Positions 42,792-55,700 of a stretch of DNA of 64,000 nucleotides are shown here, one piece after another. The stretch is taken from assembly GCA_043228905.1 (NCBI GenBank), contig JBHGNT010000009.1, positions 15,190,001 through 15,254,000 on the forward strand, given 5' to 3'. Both the position numbers and the translations under genes were made by a program. Under the pieces are notes generated by a model. The model was not told where the DNA came from, did not search any database, and worked only from the letters and a program-made list of their open reading frames with translations. The stretch comes from Azolla caroliniana. Taxonomy: Eukaryota > Plantae > Polypodiophyta. The first letter of the stretch is position 1, and every line of letters begins with the position of its first letter.

Positions 42792-44242
42792 TGATGGTGA
42801 ATGTGTGCGGAATAGCACTCATCCACTACCAAGTCTCAAACTCACAATGGAAGAAATAAACAGAGAATAGCAATGCACTTACACAGACAACAGAGACGAC
42901 ACCAAACGTTTACGTGGAAAACCCTAATCGGGAAAAACCACGGGAGACCACACACTCCAACTATCACTATGAGTTAAAGGATACAATGCGAGACTCAGAG
43001 GCAATGACCTCGAGCTCTATGTCTTCGCCAACCAGTGGGTACAACAGAAAATCCTTTTCTGTTTCTCTCTCACTCTCTCTATCTCTCGTTGTCTATACAA
43101 CAATAATAATAAAAACTTACACAATTTGCCCTAGTTATATTTATACTCATATAACTTACGTGCTATTTACAAATATGATCTCAACGATCACGTCTGAACA
43201 TATTTACAAATATGTTCATATTTGCTACTTCATACCGGATCCGGCCGGACTCGTTCCAGATCCACCCAGTCCTGTTCCTCCCTTCGTCCTGTCTGATCCG
43301 GCTCGTCCGATTCTCATCCGGATCCCATCCGGAGGGACCTGTTTCTCAACAAACTCCCCCTTCACTTCGGCACGGTATTTCTCGTCAGTCCGATCAGTCT
43401 CCAACATAGGTCCAGCTTGTCAGCAACCAACACCTTGGTCAGCATGTCTGACTCGTTCTCCTTCGTATGGATCTTCGTCAACAAGAACTCTTTCGATTAG
43501 TCTCCGGCATAGGTCCTGCTTGTTGGCTGCCAACACCTTGGCCAACATGTCTAACCCGTTCTCCTCCATATGGATCTTTGTCAACAATAACTCTTTATCT
43601 TCTACCTTCTCCCGGAGCTAATGATATCTCCTCTGGATGTGCTTGGTCCGGGAGTGTTAGGCCGGGTTCTTCGCAAGGTGGATAACACTTTGATTGTTAG
43701 AGCCGGAATTCCTCCTGCTGGATCCTTAGCTCTTTGATGAAGTCCTTCATCCAAATATGTTGTCGACTTCTGTTGTCGACAGTGCAACAAACTTCTGTAG
43801 CCTCGACTACCATGATATGGCCCCCCTGCATATGTCATGACATATCCGGATGTAGACTGGTTGGTATCCGCATCAGCCAACATGTCTGAATCGGTGTAGC
43901 CTTCCAAGAAGGGTTTACCAGAGCCGAATCAGAGGCACATACTCGAGGTGCCTTTCAAGTACCGGAGTATCCACTTGATCGCGGTCCAGTTTTCTCTTCT
44001 TGGATTGCTCTTGAACCAGCTGACCACTCCGACACCATATCCGATATCCGACCGGGTACACACCATTGTGTACATCAAGCTTCCAACGGTATAGGCAGAT
44101 GGTATCTTCATCATCTCTGCCTTCTCTGCCTTTGTCTTTAGGCTCTGCTTCCCAGAAAACTTGCAGTTTGCTGGAAGTGTCAATGTGACCCACTTAGCAT
44201 CCGACATGCTGAATTGTTGGAGCACCTTCATCACATTCTTCT
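42792..44242 (-). mobile_element. Copia (Tork-like) 3' part: RT end, RNase H, PPT and 3' LTR (~42792-43351)
   Basis: VGSLMYTMVCTRSDI, AIKWILRYLKGT and EGYTDSDM..STSGY. On +, the LTR ends TCAACA at 43351 and is followed by AACTCCCCC. The left LTR boundary is uncertain. Confidence 0.82.
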
Positions 44243-47200
44243 TGTTGAGCTGACAAGCTCAACAAGATCCGGATCGGTTGAATAAGCCAGAACCGGATCG
44301 GTGTCCGGAACCAAGAGACGGATCTGAGAGACAGACCGGATGGTAACCGGTAGGCAGTTAGAGGCCTACGAATCTAACCTAATACGTAGGCGTATTTTTG
44401 GGAGTTAGTGTTAGTCGCTCGTATGAGCATTGAAGTACTTGTCAGTCCTTTATGGTTTGTATAAAAGTGCTCACTGAGCACATTGTATGTACAAAGTGTT
44501 ATTATTTTGAATTGAGTTTATGCTTTCTGCTCTCTTTGTCTCTCATATGTATTCTCTATTCTTAAGCTTCCATTAAACCTTCATTCTCTATTTTATTTTT
44601 GTAATCCGGCGAGCCGATTTGTCTACAAGCTTCCGCACACTATTCTTTACATGGTATCAGAGCGCGAGGTTGAAAACCTTAGCTGCCGACAACTGCTCAA
44701 AACAAATGAACCCTAACTTCCGGAAAAGCACAGATCGAAAAGAAGAAAGGTATGGACAAAAGCATGGCGAGCTCGCTTCCTATAGAAAAGCTCGACCGGA
44801 GCAACTATGCGTCCTGGTCATATAAAATGCACCAATACATGTTGGGGCATGGATACTTGAGTTGCGTGGAAGGAGCAAATGTAGCAGCACCAGATTCAGC
44901 ACACAAGGACTTCCCTGTTTGGGAGCAAGGAGCGAGCATGGTGTTGTACTGCCTTGCGTCCTGTGTGCACAACTAGATGCTTGGCTACATCAGAGATGCA
45001 AAATCACCAAAGGAGGCCTGGGAAAATCTCTAGAATATTTTCGCTGCAAGTACCACATCTCGAAAGTTGTAGCTCCGACAAGAGCTCAACAGTATCTGGC
45101 AACGGGACATGTCAGTTACCAATTACACCACCAAGATCAAGGAGATCTGCGACATGCTCGGGTCCATCAACGTGACGGTGGACGAAGACGAGATGGTCCA
45201 GATCTTCCTCGCTGGTCTAACACACCGGTACGAGCCAATTCGGATAGCAATTTGCACCCGGGAGAAACCACTATCCTTCTTCGACCTGCAATCTATGCTA
45301 ATGGTCGAAGGGGGGATATCTTACCCGCCACTAGAATGTACCATTATAGGTTTGTATTTGCTTATTGCATTGGTAATGGAAACTATGGTGTAGTTTATGT
45401 TTTAAAAAAAAACCACGTGAGTGGGATAAGGATCACTCAATCAGACAGCTAGATGTTGTACACAGAGGCGGATCGGCTCTATGCGCATGGAGGACGAGGT
45501 GGGTCGACACACAATAGCAGAGGCCGGCATGAGCAGAACTGAAGCCACAGAGATAGTGCCGACAACAATTCCACACCCTCCACAAGCAGGGGGAGTCAAA
45601 GCAGCGCTGGAAGACGGCAATCGAAGACCCCCAGAATGCTAGTACTGTGGCAAGAAGGGTCACAAAGAAAATGAGTGCTGGAAGAAGTGCACCGATTCGG
45701 ATAAATCCGGATTCGGCAAAGACAAACATGGAAACCAGCAAAGCTCGCACTACGCAAAAGGATTGGAAGGATCTGAAATTGGAAAGACCAGAAAAGGGCC
45801 AACCTTTGTGATGAAGCACAAAGCGAACTCGATGAAGAAGACCACTTCCGGATTGGAGGAAGTGTGGTACGTTGACTACGGAGCATCAAACTACATGACG
45901 AACCATGAAGAGTGGTTCTCGTTTTTGGAAAAGCCGGAGCAACAAGGAGTTGTCGAAACTGGAGACGCCACTCCTCACCCGATTGTGCATGTCGGAGAAG
46001 TCCCTTTAAGCCACATCAGACAAAAGGGAAAGCTGATGAAAGCATTACATGTTCAAACAATCACAAAGAACCTGGTGTCGGTCGGGCATATCGTCGACCA
46101 GGGGATGCAGGTGCGCGGTTTATGCACCTCGGGTGCTTCATTGAGGAAGAAGGTTGGATAATTGCGCAAGGGCGTCGGGATGGGAGGATGTTTATCCTCG
46201 ACACCAACGATGTTGGCACCACTTTGTTTGCAAAGGGTCAGAAGATTGAGTCGGATATCGATATGTGGCACAAGCAGATCAACCACGTCAATTACCAGAG
46301 GCTTCAAGACCTGCAATCGAAACATGTTGTCAGCTGCCGATATTTTGTCTACCTAATCGAAAGGAAAAGTGAAGTTTTCGACTGTTTCCGGAACCTACAA
46401 AGTCTTGTAGAAGAGGAAACAGAGAGGAAGATCAAGTGCATGTGGTCGGATGGTGGAAAAGAATATTTTTCCAGCCAATTCAACAATTATCTGCAACAGA
46501 AAGGAATTCGGAGGGAATTCAGTTGCTAATACACACCGGAACAGAACGGTGTGGCCGAAAGGAAGAACCGGTCAATTGTGGAGGCGACACAACCAATGTT
46601 GGAAGAGAAGAGAATGACCAAGTTCTACTGGGCCGAAGCGGTCTGGATGGTTGTTTACATCCAAAATCGGATTGGGGATAAAGTGTCATCACATGAGTTG
46701 TATATCGGGCAGAAGCCGAATTTAAGGCACTTAAGATATTCGGTAGCATTGCATATGTACATGTGCCGGATGAGAAGCGGTGAAAGCTAGACCCGAAGTT
46801 GGAGAAGTGCATCCTTGTCGGCTATTCACATGAGCAAAAGGGTTATAAGTGCTATAACCCCCGAACAAAACAAGTTTGAGTGAGCTGAGATGTCGAATTT
46901 GATGAGTCGGCATCATGGTACTCTCTACCAACTCCGATGTCTGACTCTGACCCGATTTCGGAGGATGAGGCCAGTGAGCCCGAAACGATCTGGGCTGAAG
47001 ATGAAGAAGGATTCGGTACTCTAGATGAGAGTCCAATGTCATTCCAGCTAAGTGGGCCGCATGAGCCGACGAATAGGAACCGAGGAGACAGTTCATGCGC
47101 AAAGAGAAGGGAAAGAAGAAGATGTCGGAATATGCCATCGGCAGACGAGTTGGAGCGGAGCGAATCCAACTCCGGAAAGAATGAAGACGGACCTTCCGGA

Positions 47201-47386
47201 ACGAAGTTCGAGCCGGCCAAGAGGGCCTTGCAATTGGCAAACGCGAAGTTACGCTGATCAACCGGCCAGAAGAACCCCATAAAAAGGTATGGATATAATG
47301 AGTACATGGCGCATCATTATGCGTACATGACAAAAGTGGCGGAAGTGCTTGAGCCGGAGAGCTACGCAAAAGCGGCAAAAGACGCA
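44243..47386 (+). mobile_element. Copia family A 5' half (LTR 44243-44651, PBS 44652-44663, gag-PR-INT), truncated before RT
   Basis: LTR TGTTGAG...TTTACA, then TGGTATCAGAGC, MASSLPIEKLDRSNY, WYVDYGAS, SDGGKEY, AERKNR and YNEYMAHHYAY. Confidence 0.92.
45311..45410 (+). mobile_element. ~100-bp poly(A)-ended insertion in the Copia gag (probable 5'-truncated LINE or SINE)
   Basis: It interrupts the MVE|..NHVS sequence seen in related copies, is AT-rich, and ends in an A run. Confidence 0.55.
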
Positions 47387-48395
47387 GATTTGTACCATCT
47401 CGTCTTCGTCCACCGTCACGTTGATGGACCCGAGTGCGTCACAAATCTCCTTTATCTTGGTGGTGTAGTCCGTAACCGACATGTCTCTTTGCCGGATGTT
47501 GTTCAACTCTTGCCGGAGCTGCAACTTACGGGTTGTGGTACTCGCAATGAAAATCTTCCTCAGATTTCCCAGGCCTCCTTCAGCGTTTTTGCATCCTTTA
47601 TGTAGTCGAGCATCTGGTTGTGCACATGGGACACGAGGCAGTACAATACTCGGCTCGCTCCTTGCTCCCAAACCGGGAAGTCATTGTGTGTTGGATCCGG
47701 CTCTACCTCGTTTGTTCCTTCCACGAAGCCCCAATATCCATGCCCCAACAAGTACTAGTGCATTTTATATGACCAAGATGCATAGTTGCTCCGATTGAGC
47801 TTCAATGTTGGAAATGAACTCGTCATTCCTCTATCCATATCTTCTCTTTGTTTGTTGTTAACGGGTCTTAGGGTTTGTCTTCGAAAGCATCTGTCGGCTG
47901 CAGAGGTTCTCAACCCTCGCGCTCTGATACCATGTGAATGTAAACGTGCGGAAGCGTTAGACAGAACCGGCTCAGCCGGATAGCAACAGAGAATAAGATG
48001 AAGGTTTAATGGAGAAGCTTAGTATACAAAGAGTATACGTGGGAGAGATAGAGAGAGTAGAACGTAAGCATAGATTCAAAAAGAAAATACTTTGTAACTT
48101 TGTACATACAACGTGTTAAACAACACTATTTATACAAGTCCATAAAGGACTGACAGAAGTACTGACATGTACTTCAATATTCCTACGTGCGATTGACACT
48201 AACTACAAGACAATGACTACCTAGTAGTCTAGGCTACTACTAGGCTTCCGGTTCCCGCTCGAATCCAACTCTTCGATCCGTCTCCCCGATCCGACCGGTT
48301 GTTTCCGGATACCGATACGGCTCATCCTTCCGGATGCCGATCCGGCTCAGGCTTCTGCAGCCGATCTGGATCCGGTTGAGCTTGCTCGCTCAACA
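47384..48395 (-). mobile_element. Copia family A 5' end in opposite orientation (gag N-terminus, PBS 47921-47932, LTR 47933-48395)
   Basis: The minus strand encodes LGHGYW..WEQGASRVLY..RKLQLRQELNN..DEDEMVQIC. GCTCTGATACCA on +; LTR TG...CTCAACA. Confidence 0.92.
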
Positions 48396-49257
48396 CATTG
48401 TGACCGGCTTTTTTGCATGGGTGCAGAATTCACCTCATCGGCCCGTTCTCGACTTCGACCGCTGTCAGTCTCCCCTCGTTTTTTATCGATTTTTGTTCCA
48501 ACCAGTTTTGTCGGCTTGTTCTCTCAATCGACTCGATCAGTCAATCGACTCAGTTGAGTGGTGGACTTTTGCCGATTCGTCGATGATGAGTCCCATCGAT
48601 TCACTAAATATCCTCGATGAGGACTTGGCCAATCGTCTCATCTAGATTTAGGATTGGAGGGCTATTGGCAAATGTCGTGCAGAATACCTCCCAACTCGCC
48701 GAGAAGCTCGATAGGAGGGCAAGAGCTTTAACTTCTTCTTCAAAGTTAATCCCTTGGGATGAGAGTTCAGACAACACCCAGCTGAAGTTGTTGATGTGGG
48801 AGGTTGCAGGATCTGACCCTCTCATCTTCATATTGAATAGTTGTTGAATCAATATGAGTTTCATCAAGGACTTCTTTTCGTACACCACTTGCAACTTCTA
48901 CCATAACGATAAAGTTGTCGTCTCCTTAGCCATGCTAAAGTAGACGTTTTCGGCCAGATGCATTCGGATGGTGGAGCGCGCGATTTCATCTACTGATCTC
49001 CACTCTTCGGCTGCCATCGAAGCTGGTTTCTCACTATGTCGAATGACTTTGGCTTGTCTTTCGATAATCGAGACATCCTGCATCATCTCCTTCCATAGGG
49101 CAAAGTTTTTGCCCTCGAACTTTTCGATTTCAACTGCTATACTGGATGTTGAAGCCATATTCTCTTTTGAAAGTGAGATTTTTGACTGACTTGGTGTTTT
49201 CCTTCAGTTCTTTTTGTTGTTTCATTGCTATCGAGCAGTAGGTTGGCTCTGATACCA
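48396..49257 (-). mobile_element. Copia (Tork-like) gag fragment and Met PBS (49246-49257); LTR starts at 49260
   Basis: MASTSSIAVEIEKFEGKNFALWK, ARSTIRMHL and EEVKALALLSS; GCTCTGATACCA on +. Confidence 0.85.
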
Positions 49258-50069
49258 ATTGTGAGTATATATGTGCGGAAGAACGTTTGAGGACCTATCG
49301 GTTATGTAGACAAGATATGTAGCTAAAGGAGTAGATAGACAAGAAGTTAACCTTCAATGGTGATTCTCGTTATTCTCTGTTTTCTCTCTCTTAGAAACTC
49401 AAGATACAAGATGATAGAGAGGGGTCCTTTGTTACAACATTAGGTTATTCCTTATATACTAAGCCCTAACTATTTGGACGTGTTCACAGTAAGATACAAA
49501 TTGGAAGCAATCGGCCTTTTATGTCAATAATGGTGGTGTGTTCACACACTTACGTATTCTTTAGGTGTGTTTCCACGCTAGGTTAAGTTGAGTTTGATTC
49601 TCAAAAGGACTATTGTTTGCATCATGTTTTGGTTGTGGTGAGATATCAAGCTCAACTTAGTTTAGTCGTTTAGTCAATACGCGTAACTTAGTAGTTACCT
49701 AGATAGAATCTAGTTAGTGTGTTGACCTTAAAGCCTTAAATAGGATTTTGTACTTGAGTGGGATACATTGTAGATCCTCCACTTCCATGTTCATTTAATA
49801 TAGGACTTACACGGTTGTATCTATATTCTACTCACACATGTGCACCTTTGCACATGAGATGTATATATACCTCATTGTGGGGATTTTTGTATTTGATGAT
49901 GCTTTCTTATATAGTTGATCATCCCCCATCTTATCTCCTTGTTCATAAGTGTTAACTTCCTCTCTCTCCCTCTCACACACATACACGCACATATCACTTA
50001 ATCTTCTGCTTAACTTAATCACATAATTAGGTACTAATTAACCCTTGTCTAATTACCTAATTCTTAACA

Positions 50070-51990
50070 TGGTATCAGAGCATGTGGTTTAGAAAATCCA
50101 CTAAGCCCACCCGACTCCGTGATTGTGTGTTCGAGACGCCGAAGAAAAATCCGGCTATTGGCTACCGTAGTGCCGCTACATAGCATGTGTACGTGACCGA
50201 AGGAAGAAAAATGAAAAAGGAGGACACTACATCAACATGAAAACACAAATGGGTAGCTCGCTCCCTAGTGAAAAGCTAGACCGGAGCAATTATTCATCTT
50301 GGGAGTACAAGTTGAACCAATACCTTGTCGGCCAAGGGTATTGGAGCTACATCAATGATGCACAAGAAAATCAACCCAACCCAAAGAACGCCGACTACTC
50401 AACATGGGAGCAAACGGCGAGTCGAGTCATGTATTTCTTGGCAACATGTGTCCACGACCACATGCTTAGCCACATTCGAGAGGCCAAAATGCCTAAAGGG
50501 GCGTGGGAGAACTTGAAGACAATGTTCACTGCCAACATGACCACCCGAAAGCTTCAACTTCGACAAAAGTTGAACAACATTTGGCAAAAAGATATGTCCG
50601 TGTTGGACTACACCGCCAAGATCAAGAGCATTTGCGACTCGCTTGGCTCCATCAACATAAATGTCGACGAAGACAAGTTGGTTCAAGTATGCTTGGGCGG
50701 CCTTGCACAATGATTTGACTTGTTGAGGACGACAATCTTAGCGAGGGAAAACCATCCTTCTTTCTTCGACCTTCAATCAATGCTATTGGTCGAAGAGAAC
50801 AATGTTTGAACAAAAAGCAAGACATCAGAAGGACAAATGTTCTTCTCGAATTCGGATGGTGGCTGAGGACAAGGTCGAGGCGGTAGAAGAGGTCGATTCG
50901 ACCCATCACACAAAGGGAACTCAAACCTTCGACAACAAGATGGAAGCAATCGAGGAACCTTTGGAAGAAGGGGGAGCTTCCATGCCGAACAAGGTTGGCA
51001 AACGTGGCCCATCACTTGCAACTATTGCGGCAAAATCGGCCACCGCGAAGAGGAGTGTCGGAAAAAGAGAAGTGAGTCGGCTTTGACAAGCCGACAACTC
51101 ACAAATTATGCCACCAACTCCGAATATGACGATTATGGTTGACTATTCGTAATGAGACATAGAGCAAACTCTATGTCGGTCTCCGACTCCGTGAGCACCT
51201 CCAACTCGGAAGACACGTGGTTCGTTGACTCCGGCGCCTCACATCACATGACATCCCACGAAGAGTGGTTCAGTGATTTGTGCACACCTGTCCGACCCAA
51301 CATCATAGAGACGGGAGAAGACACCACACATCCCATTCGACACATCTTCAATGTCCCATTCGGGAAAGAAGGCAAGCAAACTTGCATCAACAATGTCTTG
51401 CACGTGCCCACAATAACAAAGAATTTGGTCTCGGTCAGCCAAATCGTGTGGAGCAAGACATGCAAGTTCGTGTCAACAATGAAGGATGCTTCATCGAGAA
51501 AGATGGTCAACTCATAGCTAAAGGATGGAGAGATGGTCGAATGTTCATCCTCGATTTGAACGAGGTGAAGTCGGCCATGTATGCCAAAGGTTGTAAAACC
51601 GACACCGACATCGAGTTGTGGCACAAGAGAATCGACCACATTAACCTCCAACAGCTCCGAGCTATGCAAACAAAGGGAGTCTTCATCAAACTTTTGACAT
51701 TCGAGTCGAAATGAGTTGACCGAGTGTGCGAAACGTGTCAACTCGGCAAACAACATCGCCTCCCATTCCTGAAGGAGAGCTATGCAAGCAAAGGCCTCCT
51801 CAACGGAATACACTCGGATGTATGGGGACCGACTCAAACGTCGATGATCAACGGATGCTGATACTACGTCACCTTCATCGACGACTACTCCTGCTACACG
51901 TGGATCTTCCCGAGGAAGTAGAAGAGCGAAGTGCTCTCCCACTTCCAAAAGCTCAATGGCCAAGTCGAAAGAGAAACTGATCGACACATT
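50070..51990 (+). mobile_element. Degenerate Copia (related to family A): PBS, gag, PR, INT N-terminus; preceded by an LTR ending at 50069
   Basis: TAACA-TGGTATCAGAGC, MGSSLPSEKLDRSNY, CNYCGKIGH, WFVDSGASHHMT, LWHKRI.H and IHSDVWGP. Confidence 0.9.
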
Positions 51991-52704
51991 TGATGACTAC
52001 GTTGGGCTGACCTTATGCAAGATTTTGATTTTACCATATGGTATCTCAAGGGTTGGCCAAGATTTAGTATGGAAAGGAGTTTCGATCTCGATCTTGAGCT
52101 TGAGCCTAAACCTGACACCGATCTCAATCTTGAGCCCGAGCTCGAACCTCATCTAGCGGCGACCCTAGGTCACACTCATTCTAACATACTATATTCTTAT
52201 TATTAGGTTTTAGTTCCATTTGTACATGTCACACATTTTCCTTCCTTAAAGAAAAAAAGAGAAGGAAGAGGTTTTTTATGGAAAGAGTAGAAATCATGTT
52301 CTTCTTCTTTAAACCCTCACCAAAACCCTACTTTTTGGGAAAACTTAGAGCCATGGTCAGGAGTCTTCGGTCTCTGGTGATGATGAAGATACTCTTACGA
52401 GGATCCCCCTCCCTTCTACCTTTGTTGCTCGTTTCTCCACAACTAGCTCTCCTCAGCCCTGTCTCTAACCTAATTAAATCACATAAATGGCTTAACCGGT
52501 TTGAGTCTATTTGACAAGGCTCAAGCCAAGCCGCAATGACCCTCATTATGATTGGGTAGCAAATAGTCATACTCACGCGTGACTCACGAGCATGCAGCAT
52601 GTGTACATATGTGTATGTGTAAGTGTGCGTAGGGGTAGAAAATGAAATTTCAGAAAATCAAACATTTTTCGCGCGTAATCTTCTCCATTGAAAATCCCAT
52701 TGGA

Positions 52705-52706
<2 letters not shown>

Positions 52707-52746
<40 letters not shown>
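52707..52746. repeat. (CT)n microsatellite just upstream of the LIG4-like ATG
   Basis: About 20 CT units. Confidence 0.9.
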
Positions 52747-52748
<2 letters not shown>

Positions 52749-52762
52749 ATCGAAGCTTCGAA

Positions 52763-55700
52763 ATGCCCATGGAATTCGCTCACCTCTGTGATTTCCTGCA
52801 GAAATTGGAGCAGAACAACCACACCACAGGTGTAAAAAGGTCTGCAAGCCTCCATGTCGCGACTCGCCTCATCCGTGAAGCTCGTCAAACAAAGACACCA
52901 GAAGACCTGTACTCAGTTGTTCGCCTTCTCATTCCTAAGGTATTTTCTTGCCTCTGTTTTTTTTTCCCTCTCATGTTATTAATATCTTATTCTGTGTGTG
53001 GCAGATTACATTTAGTCTCTCTGCCTTACACTTATTTTGTCTTTCAGATACACAATTTCTTTGTTTTGTTAAAAGGGAATTGAGATTGTCTTTCCCTCTT
53101 TGTTTCTGCGAGAAAAACAAACGTTTTCATGTCCAAACAAATTTGTTCTTTTGTTATGAGCAGTGTTAAAAGGGCAATGCTATCCTTTTATTGCTCTCCA
53201 GTGCTGAAAGGAAATGTCTTCATGTCAATGTTGTAAAGTGATTGTTTTAGTGGGAATTTGTTTCCGTGTGAGTGCATAAATGAGTCATTTTCAATTTCAA
53301 ATCAGTAGTGTTGTGGAATAAATGTATTTTCTTCATGCTGTAAAACCATTATATTTAACGAAAAACCATGCATGATCTTGAACTAAAATTAGGTAGAGTG
53401 TCTTATGATGAACTGAATTCAGGATGATTCATATTGATGTACATACACACATACAAGGTTGCAAAATTGGAACTCCCAAGGTTTTAATTGGGAATTCCAT
53501 TTTTGCAACCCATGACTAAATCTGGGGTTCTTTTGAATCTCAGAAAGCCCCCCCTTGAAGGCCAAAAACTTCAACCATAAACACTGACAAGTGACCGTTA
53601 CAGTTATTGTTGTTCTTTCTAATTTCACTAATTCTCTTCAGCTAAAACACATCACCTTCATGGAATAAGGATTTGCATGTTGGAATTCTGGCAGCGAGAT
53701 GTGGAGCGCCAACACTACAATTTGAAGGAGAGTGCCTTGGCTATTGTCTTAATGGAGACGCTTGGTATATCTGCTAGCTCTAAAGATGGACAGCTGCTGC
53801 AAAATTGGAAAAGAACAAATGTTGCTGCAGCTGGCGACTTCATACATATAGCAGTGCAGGTGATAGCAATGGTGCCATGAGACATTCCATAATTTCGGGA
53901 AATACGGAGTTTTGTTTGATAAATTTTAGCTCAAGTTAATGGAGTCGGAGAATAAATAATATAAAAAACATATAGGAAAAAAGAAGTACATGGAATTAAG
54001 GGTGTGAATTAATGCCCGAGCAATCTAGCTAGATGTTTCAAAGGAGTATCTATAACATTAGGATCATGGAGGGGCATGGTTATATACAAATTTATAGAAT
54101 TGAGGTTGAAATAATAGGAAAAAATGTTGGATTACTCACAAAGAGCAAAAGTTAATACATTTTTTGTTTCATACATAGGTGATTGCACCACGTCATTGCC
54201 AAAACACAGACAAGCTGTCCGTGATAGACATAAATTTCATGTTGGACAGACTTGCACAATCAACAAAGAGGTACAGACTTACTGAGTTCAATAATTATTT
54301 TTCCATATGACTTATATATTTATTTCAACTGTTCAAATCTTGGTGTTGTTTATTAAGAGACCATATTATGTTTAAAGTCTTTGGATTTTAACACGATTTT
54401 CAAACATTTGAAGCATATTTACCTGAACAGCGTTTGCTTGCAGAAATTCGAGAGTGGAAATTTTTTCAGAGCTTCTGAACAAGGCTTCTCTGATGGAAAT
54501 TAAGTGGTTTATGCGTGTTATATTTAAAGGTTAGTGTACTTTATGATCCATTAAAATAGTATATAAGCATAAAATTAGCTGAACTACACAAAACAGAAAT
54601 TTTGAAGTTTTGTCCCGATGCTAGCAGTATTTTCTCACGAGATGCAGTTATTATGAAATGGTCTTTCCCCATTGCTTAAAACAGAGTTTACAGATTTACT
54701 CTTTCCTCTAATAGTCAGTATTTGAGTTACACCACGTGATTCATTGTTGACAGCATGGCAGTTGCACAAGAAGAGCTGCATGTGTTAGAGAAGAAACATT
54801 AATCTTCATCTTATCATTCTTCTATGTCTCCATGTATCCATACAGAACACATTGAATGGCGATGTCCTTGCAGATCATAGTAAGAAACCTACTGGCTCCC
54901 ATCTGGTAGCCCATTGTGATAATGAAGGCATTTTACATACAAATTTGTATACTATTGTGAATATTGTTTCAAGAGGGGCCTCCCTTAATGGGGATTATGT
55001 AGGGATGTGATGAGCTTTGCTCATGTGTTAGGCCAGGTGCCACTATCCACAGTTAGATCCCCATTCCTCATAATCTTTTCATTTGATCAAATGTGTCAAT
55101 TGGTCATTAATAGGCGCCTGCAGTGGTACTGTCACTTTCCATTCGTATCCTCCATCGCATCGACTTCCAACCATATTGGAACTGGCTACGCATGGTTTCA
55201 GAAAAACCAACTATTCCAGAATGCCATACAGTAGTCCAATGTTTCTGAAGAGACCTTGAGAAACTGGCAGCATGACAATATTGTTGTACATAAGGCTAGC
55301 CAAGCTAATTTGCATTTCCCCAAATACATTGTCTGGCCTTGAGGATTGAAAACATGAATTCCAACCATAGTTTCATATGCTGAAGCACCTCATCAATAAA
55401 CATGATGTGAAGAGGACAGTGGATATCTCGGATATATAAGTTGTGGACTACTTTGACTGTCCAATAAAACATTTTATCCATGCAAAGAAGATTGAGTTGC
55501 GTTTGTTCAACTAATAGGGGCCCCAACAATGCTGACAAAATCGGTTAATATTTCTTCTCAAGCAAAAAAATCTTGCATGTTTTATTTCTTTGGCAAGGTT
55601 AGATATGAAGATAGGTTTAGGAGAAAATGCAATTCTTGACATTTTACATGAGGATGCTTGATCCATGATGGCAACATGTGTGGACCTCCGCCTTGTCTGC

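Noticed and set aside
42792-49300. A single intact Tork-like element spanning 42792 to beyond 49260
   Set aside because: The two candidate LTRs share only a short TGTGCGGAA motif, so they cannot be confidently paired.
54700-55550. Short ORFs in LIG4-like intron 4 as an embedded gene
   Set aside because: There is no recognisable domain or exon chain. It may be an old LINE remnant, but the signal is too weak to call.
55659-55661. Stop codon repaired by U-to-C RNA editing or read as selenocysteine
   Set aside because: U-to-C editing in ferns and hornworts is organellar, and land plants lack the Sec machinery. A nonsense mutation or sequencing error is simpler.
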